Below are positions 18,281 through 28,049 of a stretch of DNA of 61,605 bases, piece by piece. The position numbers and the translations under genes were made by a program. Source of the DNA: an uncultured Francisellaceae bacterium (lineage in GTDB: Bacteria > Pseudomonadota > Gammaproteobacteria > Berkiellales > Berkiellaceae). The stretch covers positions 1 through 61,605 of the forward strand of contig CAYSTH010000001.1 of NCBI GenBank assembly GCA_964433995.1, read 5' to 3'. Position 1 is the stretch's first letter. Each line of letters starts with the position of its first letter. The notes under the pieces are model-generated. The model was not told the DNA's origin, made no database searches, and worked only from the letters and a program-made list of their open reading frames with translations.

Positions 18281-19414
18281 CTATTCCAATATTTCTTGCC
18301 ACAAAGTGACTCGCGATGGGCCACTAGGCGTCGATGAGGTGGTAATTTGATTATTGGCCACTTCTGTTAATTCTTGAAAGTTAAAAGCACCATTTCTATT
18401 AATATTACCTCTCGCAACAATGCTGCCTTTTACAGAACCTGAACCATTATGGTTGTAATCTCCGTTTGTCCAGACGACAGAATAATCATTGTTACTGCCG
18501 TTAAAATTCACATTTCCTTTAGCAATAATCGCTACCGTCACAGCTGAATTACTTTTACCGGCGCCCCCTTGCTGGCCTGAACCATTTTTGCTGACATCGC
18601 CAGTAGAAACAATGGTCGCATTAGAAAAATTACCCGATATAACAGCATTACCATTACAATAATAAATCTTACCACCTTGATCGCCGCTTAAATTGATATT
18701 ACAAGTACTGGCTGCAGCTTGTCCTTTTAGCTGATTTAAATATGCATCAGTAACTGCGGGGATATCCACTGTTGGGGTATTTGATTGTAAAAGTGAGGCC
18801 GACACATTATTTGCATTAATAATGCCACTGGCTGTCACAATTCCGCCATTGATAGTCGTATTACCATTTAAATTGACATTTTTATTGGCATGAATGTTTC
18901 CATTGAGTGTTTTTTTACCATTTATATTAATATCTCCCCCTGAAATCAATCCTGAACCACCAATATAAGTTGCGCTAGAACCCGCAGTGGGTTTGGTCAT
19001 AGTAATTTTTAAAGTGGTTTTAGCAGCGGCTGCGCTTGAATTATCTGATTTGGTATACCCTCTTACTTTGACAGTAACGTCTGCACTAGTCCATACCACA
19101 TCGTTAGGATCAATCCAATAATATCCTCTCGTTCCTATATTAGGGCTGCCTGCTGCTGTTGTGGGAATCGTATTTTGCCAAGTACTTGAATTCCATGTCG
19201 TGTTTGGATCTTTTAACCATTTATTAAAACTCGCAGCACCTGTTTCTGCTGCCATAAAAGAAATGGCTTTTGCATTTTGATTGGCTACCATTTTTTCTTG
19301 CATCATACTACCGCGCATCGATGTCATTGTGACGACAGCTGCAACAGAAATGACCAATAAAGCAATGATAAGTGCTCCTCCTTTTTGAAAAATTAATCTG
19401 TTTTTAATGTTCAT
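18281..19414 (-). CDS. PilX-N-domain minor pilin-like protein with a C-terminal Gly/Asn beta-helix-like repeat region
   Basis: 377-aa ORF. The N-terminus (KGGALIIALLVISVAAVVTMTSMRGSMMQEKMVANQ) resembles the PilX N-terminal domain. The C-terminal half has iterated G(N/D)(I/V)N-type repeats (NINGKKTLNGNIHANKNVNLNGNTTINGG...). Confidence 0.6.
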   Translation of the reverse strand: MNIKNRLIFQKGGALIIALLVISVAAVVTMTSMRGSMMQEKMVANQNAKAISFMAAETGAASFNKWLKDPNTTWNSSTWQNTIPTTAAGSPNIGTRGYYWIDPNDVVWTSADVTVKVRGYTKSDNSSAAAAKTTLKITMTKPTAGSSATYIGGSGLISGGDININGKKTLNGNIHANKNVNLNGNTTINGGIVTASGIINANNVSASLLQSNTPTVDIPAVTDAYLNQLKGQAAASTCNINLSGDQGGKIYYCNGNAVISGNFSNATIVSTGDVSKNGSGQQGGAGKSNSAVTVAIIAKGNVNFNGSNNDYSVVWTNGDYNHNGSGSVKGSIVARGNINRNGAFNFQELTEVANNQITTSSTPSGPSRVTLWQEILE

Positions 19415-19422
19415 ATGAAACC

Positions 19423-19986
19423 TCAGCTTGCATATTTTGAAATTAATTTTTCTCTTAAAGTTGATGTAAAAGTATTTGTTTTTCCATTGGTTAAAATAAT
19501 ACTCATTCTCACACTGTCAACTTTACTCCAATCTGATGGTGCTGCAATAAATTCGGCATTACTAATCACTTTATCGCTATTTGCATCTACCCCATATAAC
19601 AATGTCATACCTGCTATGTCTCCAACTAGTGCGGTGCCATTACAAAATAGTTGATTATTTGCGTAAGTAAAAGTATCGGTTTGTACGCCATTAACCACTT
19701 GGCCTAAGCAATTTTTTAATCCTGTGGCACCTGTAAACGTCACGGCTAACTGGCTGGTTGTACTTGTACTGCTAATCGAATCTGCTTGTCTCACAATTCG
19801 ATTCACCGTGCCTGAAATAAATCTTAAGGCTTCTATGGTATTATCTAAATCTCGTTTTGTGCTCACCGTTTTTTGATTTGTTGCAAAAGCACTAATTAAA
19901 CCACCCATTAAAAAAAGTCCAATGACCATGGCTATCATGAGCTCTATTAAGGTAAAGCCTTTTTGTGAACGCTTTTTCATTATCAT
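19423..19986 (-). CDS. pilW: Type IV pilus minor pilin PilW-like
   Basis: 187-aa ORF with the prepilin motif KG|FTLIELMIAMVIG. It holds the third position in the minor-pilin operon and is short for a PilW. Confidence 0.65.
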   Translation of the reverse strand: MIMKKRSQKGFTLIELMIAMVIGLFLMGGLISAFATNQKTVSTKRDLDNTIEALRFISGTVNRIVRQADSISSTSTTSQLAVTFTGATGLKNCLGQVVNGVQTDTFTYANNQLFCNGTALVGDIAGMTLLYGVDANSDKVISNAEFIAAPSDWSKVDSVRMSIILTNGKTNTFTSTLREKLISKYAS

Positions 19987-20010
19987 GCTTTATCTCTTAT
20001 TCATCACAAT

Positions 20011-20427
20011 TTAAGTACAATCAATTGCTGGAATACTGATACTTTGAATAAGCTGTTGTGCCGCTTGGGAAGTGTCAGTGCCAGTATATTTAATTTTATT
20101 GTCTTGCCATGAAATGGTAATGGTATAAATAGGAATATTGCCGGTTGCATCATAAGCCAAACTACCGCTCCAATTTGGCAAACTATTTGTGTTGCTGGTT
20201 ACCCATTCTGAAACAATGGTATCTTTACTGCCTGGCAGTGCACACATCCCCGACCATAAGCGTTCAACTAAATCATTTGCTTGAAGTGTCGCAACAGAGC
20301 GCTGATAACTTGCATAAGAATATTGTAAAGCTTTTACTTGCAATACACCGACACCAAGCAAAGCAATAGAAAGCACCACCAAGGTTATTAACACTTCAAT
20401 TAAAGTAAACCCTTTGTTTTTTAACAT
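20011..20427 (-). CDS. pilV: Type IV pilus minor pilin PilV-like
   Basis: I trimmed to the ATG giving MLKNKG|FTLIEVLITLVVLSIALLG. It overlaps the fimT stop by a few nt. Confidence 0.7.
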   Translation of the reverse strand: MLKNKGFTLIEVLITLVVLSIALLGVGVLQVKALQYSYASYQRSVATLQANDLVERLWSGMCALPGSKDTIVSEWVTSNTNSLPNWSGSLAYDATGNIPIYTITISWQDNKIKYTGTDTSQAAQQLIQSISIPAIDCT

Positions 20428-20939
20428 GATGTGCTTTGTACTCCTGCTTTTCCTATGGCAGTTAAACAAACCCATTTACTATTTGTTGAACCAGTCGCAG
20501 AAGCTTGTATAGATTGAGTTGCTGCCGGTTCTAAATACCCTCCTGTTGCATACTGAATAGCAGTGGGTCCTGTTAATGTAACCGTTGTATCAAGAGGGTT
20601 TTGAATACGAATAATTTGTTCTGAACTATCTCTTACACCATTACCAGATGTATCCAAAAACATAATCCAACCTACATGCCAATTACCACTACCCGTACAA
20701 CTCGTTTGATCGCTGCTTGGACATAAAGAAACCATTTGATTTCTTTTTACAGCTTCAGCCCTGGCAAGTTGTAAGGCATAAAGCATTTCCTGGGCCGAAT
20801 TATTGGCTTGATTATCAGCCATTAATGCTCTGAAGCTTGGCACCCCCACGGTCATCAACAACCCCATTACCACCAATACCACCATCAATTCGATGATGGT
20901 AAAACCATGATGATGAACAATATATATGTGCCTATTCAT
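20421..20939 (-). CDS. fimT: Type IV pilus minor pilin FimT/FimU (GspH-like)
   Basis: I trimmed from a TTG to the ATG at 20939, which forms a TAATG overlap with the pilE stop. The product begins MNRHIYIVHHHG|FTIIELMVVLVVMG, then RALMADNQ. Confidence 0.7.
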   Translation of the reverse strand: MNRHIYIVHHHGFTIIELMVVLVVMGLLMTVGVPSFRALMADNQANNSAQEMLYALQLARAEAVKRNQMVSLCPSSDQTSCTGSGNWHVGWIMFLDTSGNGVRDSSEQIIRIQNPLDTTVTLTGPTAIQYATGGYLEPAATQSIQASATGSTNSKWVCLTAIGKAGVQSTSC

Positions 20940-21376
20940 TAGTTCCAACAACCTGAGGTTGTGGGTGTTTTGGCACCAGTTTGAGACAAAGTTAATGTAC
21001 CGCAGCTATCGGTTGCTTGCGTACTCGTGCTAATAGGAACCCCTGAAAGAGTATAAGTATCCATCGCTACCCCACTCACCGATAAGTTGTAATATTTTGT
21101 GGCATCGTCTTTTGGAGAAGCCGTAAAAGGCAAGACTGCTCCAACATAAGTGCCATTAGTGGTGTAATACCGCTCCATATATTGCGCCAATTCGAGCAAC
21201 GCTGTTTGCGCATCCACTCGCCGACTTTTTTGCAGATGAGTCGTATAGGCCGGGTAAGCAACGGCACTCAGAATACCAACAATCACCATCACAATCATCA
21301 GCTCAATCAACGTAAACCCATTTGCTTGTCTTTTTGACTGTATATAATTTTGGTAAATCTTTTTTATACGAGGCAT
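20939..21376 (-). CDS. pilE: Type IVa pilin (PilE-like)
   Basis: 145-aa ORF with G|FTLIELMIVMVIVGILSAVAYPAY and C-terminal Cys residues (C...C). The predicted leader before the G|F site is unusually long (19 aa), with no alternative start in frame. Confidence 0.8.
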   Translation of the reverse strand: MPRIKKIYQNYIQSKRQANGFTLIELMIVMVIVGILSAVAYPAYTTHLQKSRRVDAQTALLELAQYMERYYTTNGTYVGAVLPFTASPKDDATKYYNLSVSGVAMDTYTLSGVPISTSTQATDSCGTLTLSQTGAKTPTTSGCWN

Positions 21377-21523
21377 CTGGTTAATCCTTTACTTTTAGAA
21401 AGCATTTATCTATATATACAGAATTATAGTCTCGATAACTTGACAAAACTGGCAAAATCAGTAAATAAAGAAGTATGGGTATTGATTAAACATTTTGTGA
21501 ATAATTTAAGGAATTCATAGCGG

Positions 21524-22222
21524 ATGACCTTTGAAAGTATCGACGCCTTAGAAGAACCTCCCCCGCTTAGGCGAACACTTTACCTTCTCTTAAGTTTTTG
21601 GTTTCTCCCATTCTGGTGCTTTGCAAATGCTGTTGGCAATGTGCTGCTCTTGTCTCATCCACTCTGGCGTCTTGATCTCACCGTAGTCATTAGCTTGCTC
21701 GGATTTTTAGGTCTATCTGGATGGATGTTAGACACTATTCGTCATAGCTGCCCCACCGACTACAGCTTTACAAGTTATTATTGGATAACCTGGATGATTG
21801 CAGTGGTATTCGCTCCTAGTCTAGACACTTTGTACTATGCAGCAAGTGATTGGCAAATGGCGGCTATGCCAGAAGATACCGTAATGCCTGTTGTCATCTA
21901 CGGAGGCATTTATTATTTCTTACCGGGCTTAAGCTTGTTTTTCTTAGGTAACATCAGTTGGGAATACTACGCCTCATATAACTACTCAGTAGATTGGGCG
22001 TCGATTTTAGTAGACAACACTACCTTTGTGGCAGCTTTGCTGACATGGGATGCTTCCTTAGCAGATAAACAATGGCTGTTTATTACCCTTAGTGGATACT
22101 TATTTTATTTATTGCCTAAAGCTCAACGAGATAATTTGCTCAAAAAGCTCTCATGTACCGAAAGCTCTTCTAAGGTGGCTCTAACCACACGAAGACCCTT
22201 TAGGTTACTTTCAAGACGCTGA
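21524..22222 (+). CDS. Hypothetical aromatic-rich polytopic membrane protein
   Basis: 232-aa ORF with about five hydrophobic segments and no motif I recognise. Its last ~33 codons overlap the 3' end of dnaQ on the other strand. Confidence 0.45.
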   Translation: MTFESIDALEEPPPLRRTLYLLLSFWFLPFWCFANAVGNVLLLSHPLWRLDLTVVISLLGFLGLSGWMLDTIRHSCPTDYSFTSYYWITWMIAVVFAPSLDTLYYAASDWQMAAMPEDTVMPVVIYGGIYYFLPGLSLFFLGNISWEYYASYNYSVDWASILVDNTTFVAALLTWDASLADKQWLFITLSGYLFYLLPKAQRDNLLKKLSCTESSSKVALTTRRPFRLLSRR

Positions 22223-22794
22223 TGGCCAGAATGCAGTTGGCCATTTTTTTCGTTATCTAAAGAAAAGAGCGTGCCTTGTCCGCCTGTCATGGCAAGATAC
22301 ACTTCTGCCAAAATAGAGGCGTCTAATAAAGCGCCGTGAAATGCTCGATGTTGATTATTGATTTCATATCTTTTGCACAAAGCATCCAAATTATTTCGTT
22401 GACCAGGATGTTTGTCTCTAGCCATCACTAAGGTATCAACCACTTTGCAGTGATCTCTCACCATGCCCCACGGCGAGCCTAACAAACCCAGTTCATAATC
22501 AAGAAAACCTAAGTCAAACGGAGCATTATGAATAATCAGTTCAGCACCTTGAATAAATTGCTTAAACTCCTCAGCAATATGCTCAAAATAAGGTTTGTCT
22601 GCGACAAACTCATTGGTGATGCCATGCACTCGCATCGCCCCTTCATCGATCATGCGCTTAGGATTTAAATACACATGAAAAGTTTTACCAGTGATTTTGC
22701 GGTGTAATAATTCGACACACCCTATTTCGATGATACGGTGCCCATCTTTGGTAGAAAGACCAGTGGTTTCGGTATCGAGTACAATTTGACGCAT
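22123..22794 (-). CDS. dnaQ: DNA polymerase III epsilon subunit (3'-5' exonuclease)
   Basis: 223-aa ORF with Exo motifs VLDTETTG, HNAPFDLGFL and HGALLDA. The C-terminal LRVVRATLEEL..HE resembles the E. coli DnaQ tail. Confidence 0.9.
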   Translation of the reverse strand: MRQIVLDTETTGLSTKDGHRIIEIGCVELLHRKITGKTFHVYLNPKRMIDEGAMRVHGITNEFVADKPYFEHIAEEFKQFIQGAELIIHNAPFDLGFLDYELGLLGSPWGMVRDHCKVVDTLVMARDKHPGQRNNLDALCKRYEINNQHRAFHGALLDASILAEVYLAMTGGQGTLFSLDNEKNGQLHSGHQRLESNLKGLRVVRATLEELSVHESFLSKLSR

Positions 22795-22800
22795 AAAATA

Positions 22801-23235
22801 TTAACTTATTTTTTTACTTTCTAGGCGAGCAGCTTCGTCTACTCTATCGTTTTCGGGATGACCGCTGTGACCTTTTACCCATTCCCAGGTAATTTGGTGT
22901 CGACTGACTTCACTATCTAAAGCTTGCCATAAATCTTGATTTTTAACTGGCTTGTTCTCTTTGTTTTTCCAATTGCGTTTCTTCCAATTGACTATCCATT
23001 CGGTCATGCCTTTTTTCACATATTCCGAATCGGTACAAAGAACCACTTCGCACCCAAATTTGAGTGCTTTTAGACCTTCAATCGCTGCTTGTAATTCCAT
23101 GCGATTGTTGGTGGTGTGAGGCTCATGCCCACTGAGCATTTTTTCGTTATCACCATGGATTAATAATGCAGCCCAACCGCCTGGTCCAGGGTTTCCGCTG
23201 CATGCACCATCTGTATATAATTTAACTAAAGCCAT
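22801..23235 (-). CDS. rnhA: Ribonuclease HI
   Basis: 144-aa ORF with [30 protein letters not shown] and [15 protein letters not shown]. Confidence 0.92.
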   Translation of the reverse strand: MALVKLYTDGACSGNPGPGGWAALLIHGDNEKMLSGHEPHTTNNRMELQAAIEGLKALKFGCEVVLCTDSEYVKKGMTEWIVNWKKRNWKNKENKPVKNQDLWQALDSEVSRHQITWEWVKGHSGHPENDRVDEAARLESKKIS

Positions 23236-23959
23236 TTTTATTCTTTCGTTGATGAGATGACGTATTCTGGACAGTTTCCGCTGCCCAAACTTCTTTTTTG
23301 GCTGTTCGCCAATTGGGACGAATAGGGGTTAATTTTGCAACTCTTTTCACAAAATTTAAACAATAGCCTCCACCCAAACCAGATAACCAGCGAGGCACAT
23401 GGTTTTCTAGCGTCTCCATTTTTTTCATGAGTTTAGCATGACCCAAAGGTGGGCGATAAAAAAAATGTTCCTGTTTCATTAATTCTAACTCAAGCAGCTG
23501 ACACCAATCTACGATACGGTTAGCCATAATCAATTTTTGTTTAAAATGATAACTATGCCAAACACCCACTAAACTCATTGGATTAAAGCCCGTAATAATC
23601 AGTTGTCCTTCCGGCCTTAATATACGGTGCACCTCTCTCAGGACATGATGTGGCCGTTTAGTTGTTTCTAAAGCATGCGCTAATATCACCACATCGACAG
23701 AATCGGGTTGAAGCCCCAAAGTTTCTGGGTGAGAAATCATTTTACTAAACCGCAGATGCGGATTAACATAGTCACCCAACACTAATTTGTGCTGAACCAA
23801 ACTAGATGTCAAAACAGGCAGCAGCGCATTATAGCCTATCCAAACTAAATGCAGGCCAAATACTCGAGAAAAAAGCTCCTTGAGTACTTGCTGCTCGGCT
23901 TCCACCAATAAATCACCTAGATGACCTTGATAGCAACCAGGTTGATTAAAGTTATCCAT
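23222..23959 (-). CDS. Class I SAM-dependent methyltransferase (YafS-like by position)
   Basis: I trimmed to the internal ATG (MDNFNQPG...). It contains [25 protein letters not shown]. Its position next to rnhA/dnaQ/mltD mirrors the E. coli yafS neighbourhood. Confidence 0.65.
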   Translation of the reverse strand: MDNFNQPGCYQGHLGDLLVEAEQQVLKELFSRVFGLHLVWIGYNALLPVLTSSLVQHKLVLGDYVNPHLRFSKMISHPETLGLQPDSVDVVILAHALETTKRPHHVLREVHRILRPEGQLIITGFNPMSLVGVWHSYHFKQKLIMANRIVDWCQLLELELMKQEHFFYRPPLGHAKLMKKMETLENHVPRWLSGLGGGYCLNFVKRVAKLTPIRPNWRTAKKEVWAAETVQNTSSHQRKNKNGFS

Positions 23960-24050
23960 ACTCTTCTTTACCAATGCGCAAAACAAAACTGTAAAACGAA
24001 TGGGCTTGTAAATCAAAAAAAATATGTAGTTTGTTAGCATGCTTTTTTCT

Positions 24051-24138
24051 TGTCATGCCAGCGAAGGCTGGCATCCAGGACAGTAATATCTTTAGCTCTT
24101 TTCTTTATTCTGGATGCCAGCCTTCGCTGGCATGACAG
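24051..24138. repeat. REP-like nested palindrome: two inverted copies of tgtcatgccagcgaaggctggcatccag
   Basis: The copy at 24051-24079 and its reverse complement at 24110-24138 flank a ~30-nt spacer. Each copy contains its own hairpin (atgccagc/gctggcat). A third copy lies at 56203-56231. Confidence 0.85.
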
Positions 24139-24222
24139 TTTTGAGCATTTTCCAAGCTTTAAATTTCAGAATATTTATATCAGGTGAAATTATTCTGAGA
24201 AGCTGTTAGACTAAGAACTATC

Positions 24223-25218
24223 ATGAATTTAGCTAACAAGATTATTGTATTGCTGAGCTTAGTGTTACTTGTGCTGACGCCAAGTTTTGGCAACATACCA
24301 AGTTTGGCAACCAAACAATCAACCAATATTATTTTGTTTAAACCACAAAAACATGGGCATGTCTGGTCTCGTCTTGCTGAGATTTTTAATTTAGATCACG
24401 CTGAACACGATCCCAATGTAAAATACTACATCCGGTATTATCTGAAAAACCCTTATTATCTAAACGAAATAGCCCAAAATGCTTCTGCTCATATTGGTTC
24501 GGTGATAGATGAAATCGAACGACGTCAATTACCGGGCGAACTGGCGCTGTTACCGATTATCGAAAGCGATTATAACCCTTATGCAAAAAACACTCGCACG
24601 GGAGCCAATGGCTTATGGCAATTAATGCCTTCTACCAATAAATTATTTAGAACCAAAAATTTAGGCATCGATACTCAATTGCCAGAGTATAGAATTATCG
24701 ATTCTACTCATGCAGCCTTAAATTATTTAGAATATTTGCATGAATTTTTTCAAGGTGATTGGCTGCATGCCATTGCTGCTTACAACGTGGGTGAAGGTCG
24801 CATTAAAAAAGAAATTAAACAAAATAAACAAAGTAGTTTACCCTCCACTTTTTGGGATTTAAATTTACCCAAAGAAACCAAGAGCTTTGTGCCTAAGTTA
24901 TTGGCCTTGGCCAGTATTATGAAAAACCCCGATAGATATCATTGTCGATTACATTTAATCACCAATATAAAACAACAACCTGTGAATGACAGCCCTGTTA
25001 TTTGCTATGAGAATCCCGAGCATGAAGACTTGTTAGCGGTGCCTACCCCTAAACAAGCCTTTCAACATCAAGTGAAGCGTTATCAAATTAAGCCCGGTGA
25101 TTCTCTTGTCAAAATTGCCAAAAACAATAAAGTATCTGTCACGCATCTAAAAAAAGCGAATAAACTAAAAAGCAGTCAAATTAAAACAGGCAAATTTTTG
25201 ATTATTCCTGTTGCTTAA
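24223..25218 (+). CDS. mltD: Membrane-bound lytic murein transglycosylase D-like (SLT domain + LysM)
   Basis: 331-aa ORF with a signal peptide, the catalytic region LLPIIESDYNPYA...GLWQLMP...AYNVGEG, and a C-terminal LysM-like YQIKPGDSLVKIAK. Confidence 0.85.
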   Translation: MNLANKIIVLLSLVLLVLTPSFGNIPSLATKQSTNIILFKPQKHGHVWSRLAEIFNLDHAEHDPNVKYYIRYYLKNPYYLNEIAQNASAHIGSVIDEIERRQLPGELALLPIIESDYNPYAKNTRTGANGLWQLMPSTNKLFRTKNLGIDTQLPEYRIIDSTHAALNYLEYLHEFFQGDWLHAIAAYNVGEGRIKKEIKQNKQSSLPSTFWDLNLPKETKSFVPKLLALASIMKNPDRYHCRLHLITNIKQQPVNDSPVICYENPEHEDLLAVPTPKQAFQHQVKRYQIKPGDSLVKIAKNNKVSVTHLKKANKLKSSQIKTGKFLIIPVA

Positions 25219-25340
25219 TACCTCAAATCTCATTAAACAAGAAAAACCGATAAATGATTGAAAATAACGGACAAAATACCCGTTTTTAGCAAGCTAGTAT
25301 GATAAAATAAGTCAATTTAATTTGCATCTTAAGGTTTGCT

Positions 25341-27944
25341 ATGACAGATGTAAGCTCAGAAACTCCGCTTAAAGATTTACCACATCTTGCATTAATCGAG
25401 CTTGTACGCACCTTCGTGTCTGGTTTCCCATTTAAAGGCGTATGTGATGCTTTTATTCTTATGTGGTGTCAAGCACTGCTGACAAGTAAAAAAGATGAAG
25501 CTTTTTTTTATCAACGCTTAGATAGACTATCTGTATGCGACAAAGAAAAAACGTTTGAAAATTTAAAAGCAGTCATCGATGCTATTTATGAAAAACAAAC
25601 TAACCGTTCTATAAAAACAAATTTCACAGGAGAGGAATGGCAAATATTAGAGCTGCGTGCTTTTGCTGAAGCGATTGCCATTCATGCCTATGAATTACAA
25701 TTTATTCAAGCTCATATTTTTTACGATGATTTACCAAAATCATACATACTTACCGCATCTAAAAAGCTAGAAGAACAAGATGTTAAGCTTAACATAGATC
25801 GCATCGGTACGCTTATTTCTACTCGAGTAGAATTAGAAAATTATTTTGAAGCACTCAAAACAGAATTAATGAAATTAGATCAAGATGAGATTATTGCATT
25901 CCGATTAACTTCGCACAATCATGCAGTCGGTTTATATTTTGATTCTTGCTCAGGAAAATTTCATTTTTTAGATAGCAACCAAATGTCCGGCAGAAATACC
26001 TATTATATTGAAGCCGATCCTAAAGAACTCCCTGATATACTCTTTAATTCATTTCCACCTGGAACCTTAGAAACATATTCGCCTTTTTCGATAACCGCTT
26101 TTTCTCGTAATCAACACCCAGAATTAATCCAACGATTAAAGGCAATGACTCAGGAAATGCTTTTATCTGAAGAGAGATACAATAGAAAAAACAGCATTAA
26201 TACCACTGCTCTTTTATTGCTTTGTCAACAAGGCGATATAGAATTAGTGCGGTTCTTGTTAGACAATCAACCAGTCGAAAATTTGAATCTTTCAAAAAAC
26301 AATGTGGATAATTTAATTTTCAGAGCCAATCACTGTGGTCATCATGAAATAGTGAAACTGATATCAGAACACGAAATATACGGGTCTGCTCTTTTTTCTC
26401 AAGCTTGCCAAGATGGCAACATGCAAATATTTAATATCATGCTACCTCATGTAGCAAAAATAAATATCAATAGGCCAGATAAAAATGGAAACATCCCGTT
26501 GTTACTGGCTTGCCAAAATGGGCACTCAGAAATAGTTAAACTCTTATTGCACTATATTATAATAACAGGCAAAAATCTCCAAGACAATATTGATGCACGA
26601 GATAAAAATGGAAACACTTCATTGTCATTTGCTTGCCAAAATCACCATAAAGAAATTGTTAAACTCTTAATAGAAAATGGTGCAAATCAATCATCGCTTC
26701 CTACTTCTGCTGTTGCTTGCCAAAAAGGTGACATTGAAATCATTAATCTTTTACTTCAACTTGGCGAAAACAAATTTTCCTTGTTTTTTACGGCTTGTAA
26801 AGTAGGTAACACTTTTACGATTGAATATTTGCTACATCATCTTTCAAATGAAAAAATAAATGCACTTGATACAGAGGGAAATACGCCTCTTTTAATTGCC
26901 TATCAATACGGCCACACAGACATTATAAAGCTTTTAATAAAACAAGGCGCTAATCCATTAGCTCTTTTTTCTCTTGCTTGCCAAGAGGGTAATTTAACAA
27001 GCATTAGCTTCTTGTTAAACCACATGAACAAAGAAAACATCTATACACCTGATACAAACAACAGAACACCAATTTTGGTTGCTTATGAGCATGGCCATTT
27101 AGATATAGTGCGTTTTTTAATACAGGTGTGTACAAACAAAACTCACAATGACCATTCACTACTCTATACATCTTGTGAAAATGGCCTCTTTGAAGTAGTA
27201 GCGATGCTGCTAAAATTTGAAAAAGATCATGATATTAATTTAAGAACGAATACAGAGAAAACGACTCTTTTCTTTACCGCTTGCAAAAATGGTCATGCAA
27301 AAGTAGCTCAGCTCTTACTGCAACACAACAAAATGCAAAGTATCAGTACGCGTGATGTAAATGGCAAAACACCTTTTTTTATCGCTTGCGAGTCTGGTAA
27401 AACTGAAACCGTTTTGCTCTTACTAAATGACACTAGAATGCAAGAAACCAACGCCATCGACATCAATGGAAACACCCCATTGCTGGTAGCTTGTCAAAAT
27501 GGCCATCTAGAAATCGTTAAGATATTGCTACAACATGGCGCAATGAAAAACATACATCATCAAAATAAATTTTATGAAACGCCTTTATATGCAGCTTGTC
27601 GCCAAGGCAACTTTGATATAGTTCAACTCTTGCTTCAACACGGTGCAAACAAATATATTAATATGCCTAATGCAGAGGGTTATTCACCGTTTTTAATCGC
27701 AGAACAAAATGGCTACCCCAAAATAGTTGCTCTCCTAAAAGAAAAGATGCTTCCTGGCGCACAAGAAACTGTCAAGTTATTTACCAAAAAAGAAAAAAAA
27801 CAACCTATCTTCGTTCAAGAAAATAACCTTCACCTGCCGTTATTTGATAAAAAAAGAAAAGCGGCAAATAGCTTAACCGAACAACCGCCTTGCAAAAAGC
27901 AAAATACAGCCGATAGAATGGAAATCGAGAGACTCTATAAATAG
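25341..27944 (+). CDS. YopT-like (C58-type) Cys/His/Asp domain fused to a long ankyrin-repeat array, with an NLS-like tail
   Basis: 867-aa ORF. The N-terminal ~270 aa carry GVCDAFILMW and HNHAVGLYFDSCSGKFHFLDSN. More than 12 ANK repeats follow (G.TPL..A...GH.EIVKLLL..GA). The tail is KKRKAANSLTEQPPCKKQ. Confidence 0.75.
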   Translation: MTDVSSETPLKDLPHLALIELVRTFVSGFPFKGVCDAFILMWCQALLTSKKDEAFFYQRLDRLSVCDKEKTFENLKAVIDAIYEKQTNRSIKTNFTGEEWQILELRAFAEAIAIHAYELQFIQAHIFYDDLPKSYILTASKKLEEQDVKLNIDRIGTLISTRVELENYFEALKTELMKLDQDEIIAFRLTSHNHAVGLYFDSCSGKFHFLDSNQMSGRNTYYIEADPKELPDILFNSFPPGTLETYSPFSITAFSRNQHPELIQRLKAMTQEMLLSEERYNRKNSINTTALLLLCQQGDIELVRFLLDNQPVENLNLSKNNVDNLIFRANHCGHHEIVKLISEHEIYGSALFSQACQDGNMQIFNIMLPHVAKININRPDKNGNIPLLLACQNGHSEIVKLLLHYIIITGKNLQDNIDARDKNGNTSLSFACQNHHKEIVKLLIENGANQSSLPTSAVACQKGDIEIINLLLQLGENKFSLFFTACKVGNTFTIEYLLHHLSNEKINALDTEGNTPLLIAYQYGHTDIIKLLIKQGANPLALFSLACQEGNLTSISFLLNHMNKENIYTPDTNNRTPILVAYEHGHLDIVRFLIQVCTNKTHNDHSLLYTSCENGLFEVVAMLLKFEKDHDINLRTNTEKTTLFFTACKNGHAKVAQLLLQHNKMQSISTRDVNGKTPFFIACESGKTETVLLLLNDTRMQETNAIDINGNTPLLVACQNGHLEIVKILLQHGAMKNIHHQNKFYETPLYAACRQGNFDIVQLLLQHGANKYINMPNAEGYSPFLIAEQNGYPKIVALLKEKMLPGAQETVKLFTKKEKKQPIFVQENNLHLPLFDKKRKAANSLTEQPPCKKQNTADRMEIERLYK

Positions 27945-28049
27945 AAAAAGCCGATAACCCGTAATAAATTACAGATAAAATGCATCTATTTCAAGTTAGA
28001 CAAATGGTACAATGCTCTTATTTGATTGTTTAATAAGAAGTTGCTTTTT

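Noticed and set aside
18189-18302. N-terminal 38-codon extension of the yefM ORF overlapping the pilX-like gene end
   Set aside because: The internal ATG at 18188 has a strong GAGGAGG SD and yields a canonical 84-aa YefM. The extension has no homology signal and would overlap the upstream gene.
21377-21523. Search for a sigma-54 (TGGCAC-N5-TTGC) or clean sigma-70 promoter upstream of pilE
   Set aside because: There is no GG-N10-GC match. A perfect TATAAT exists, but the candidate -35 hexamers sit at 12- or 21-nt spacing. No promoter call was made.
24051-24138. A possible CRISPR array, considered because of the repeated GC-rich units here and at 56203
   Set aside because: Only two inverted (not direct) copies are adjacent, with no regular spacer periodicity and no cas genes. 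This is REP/MITE-like, not CRISPR.
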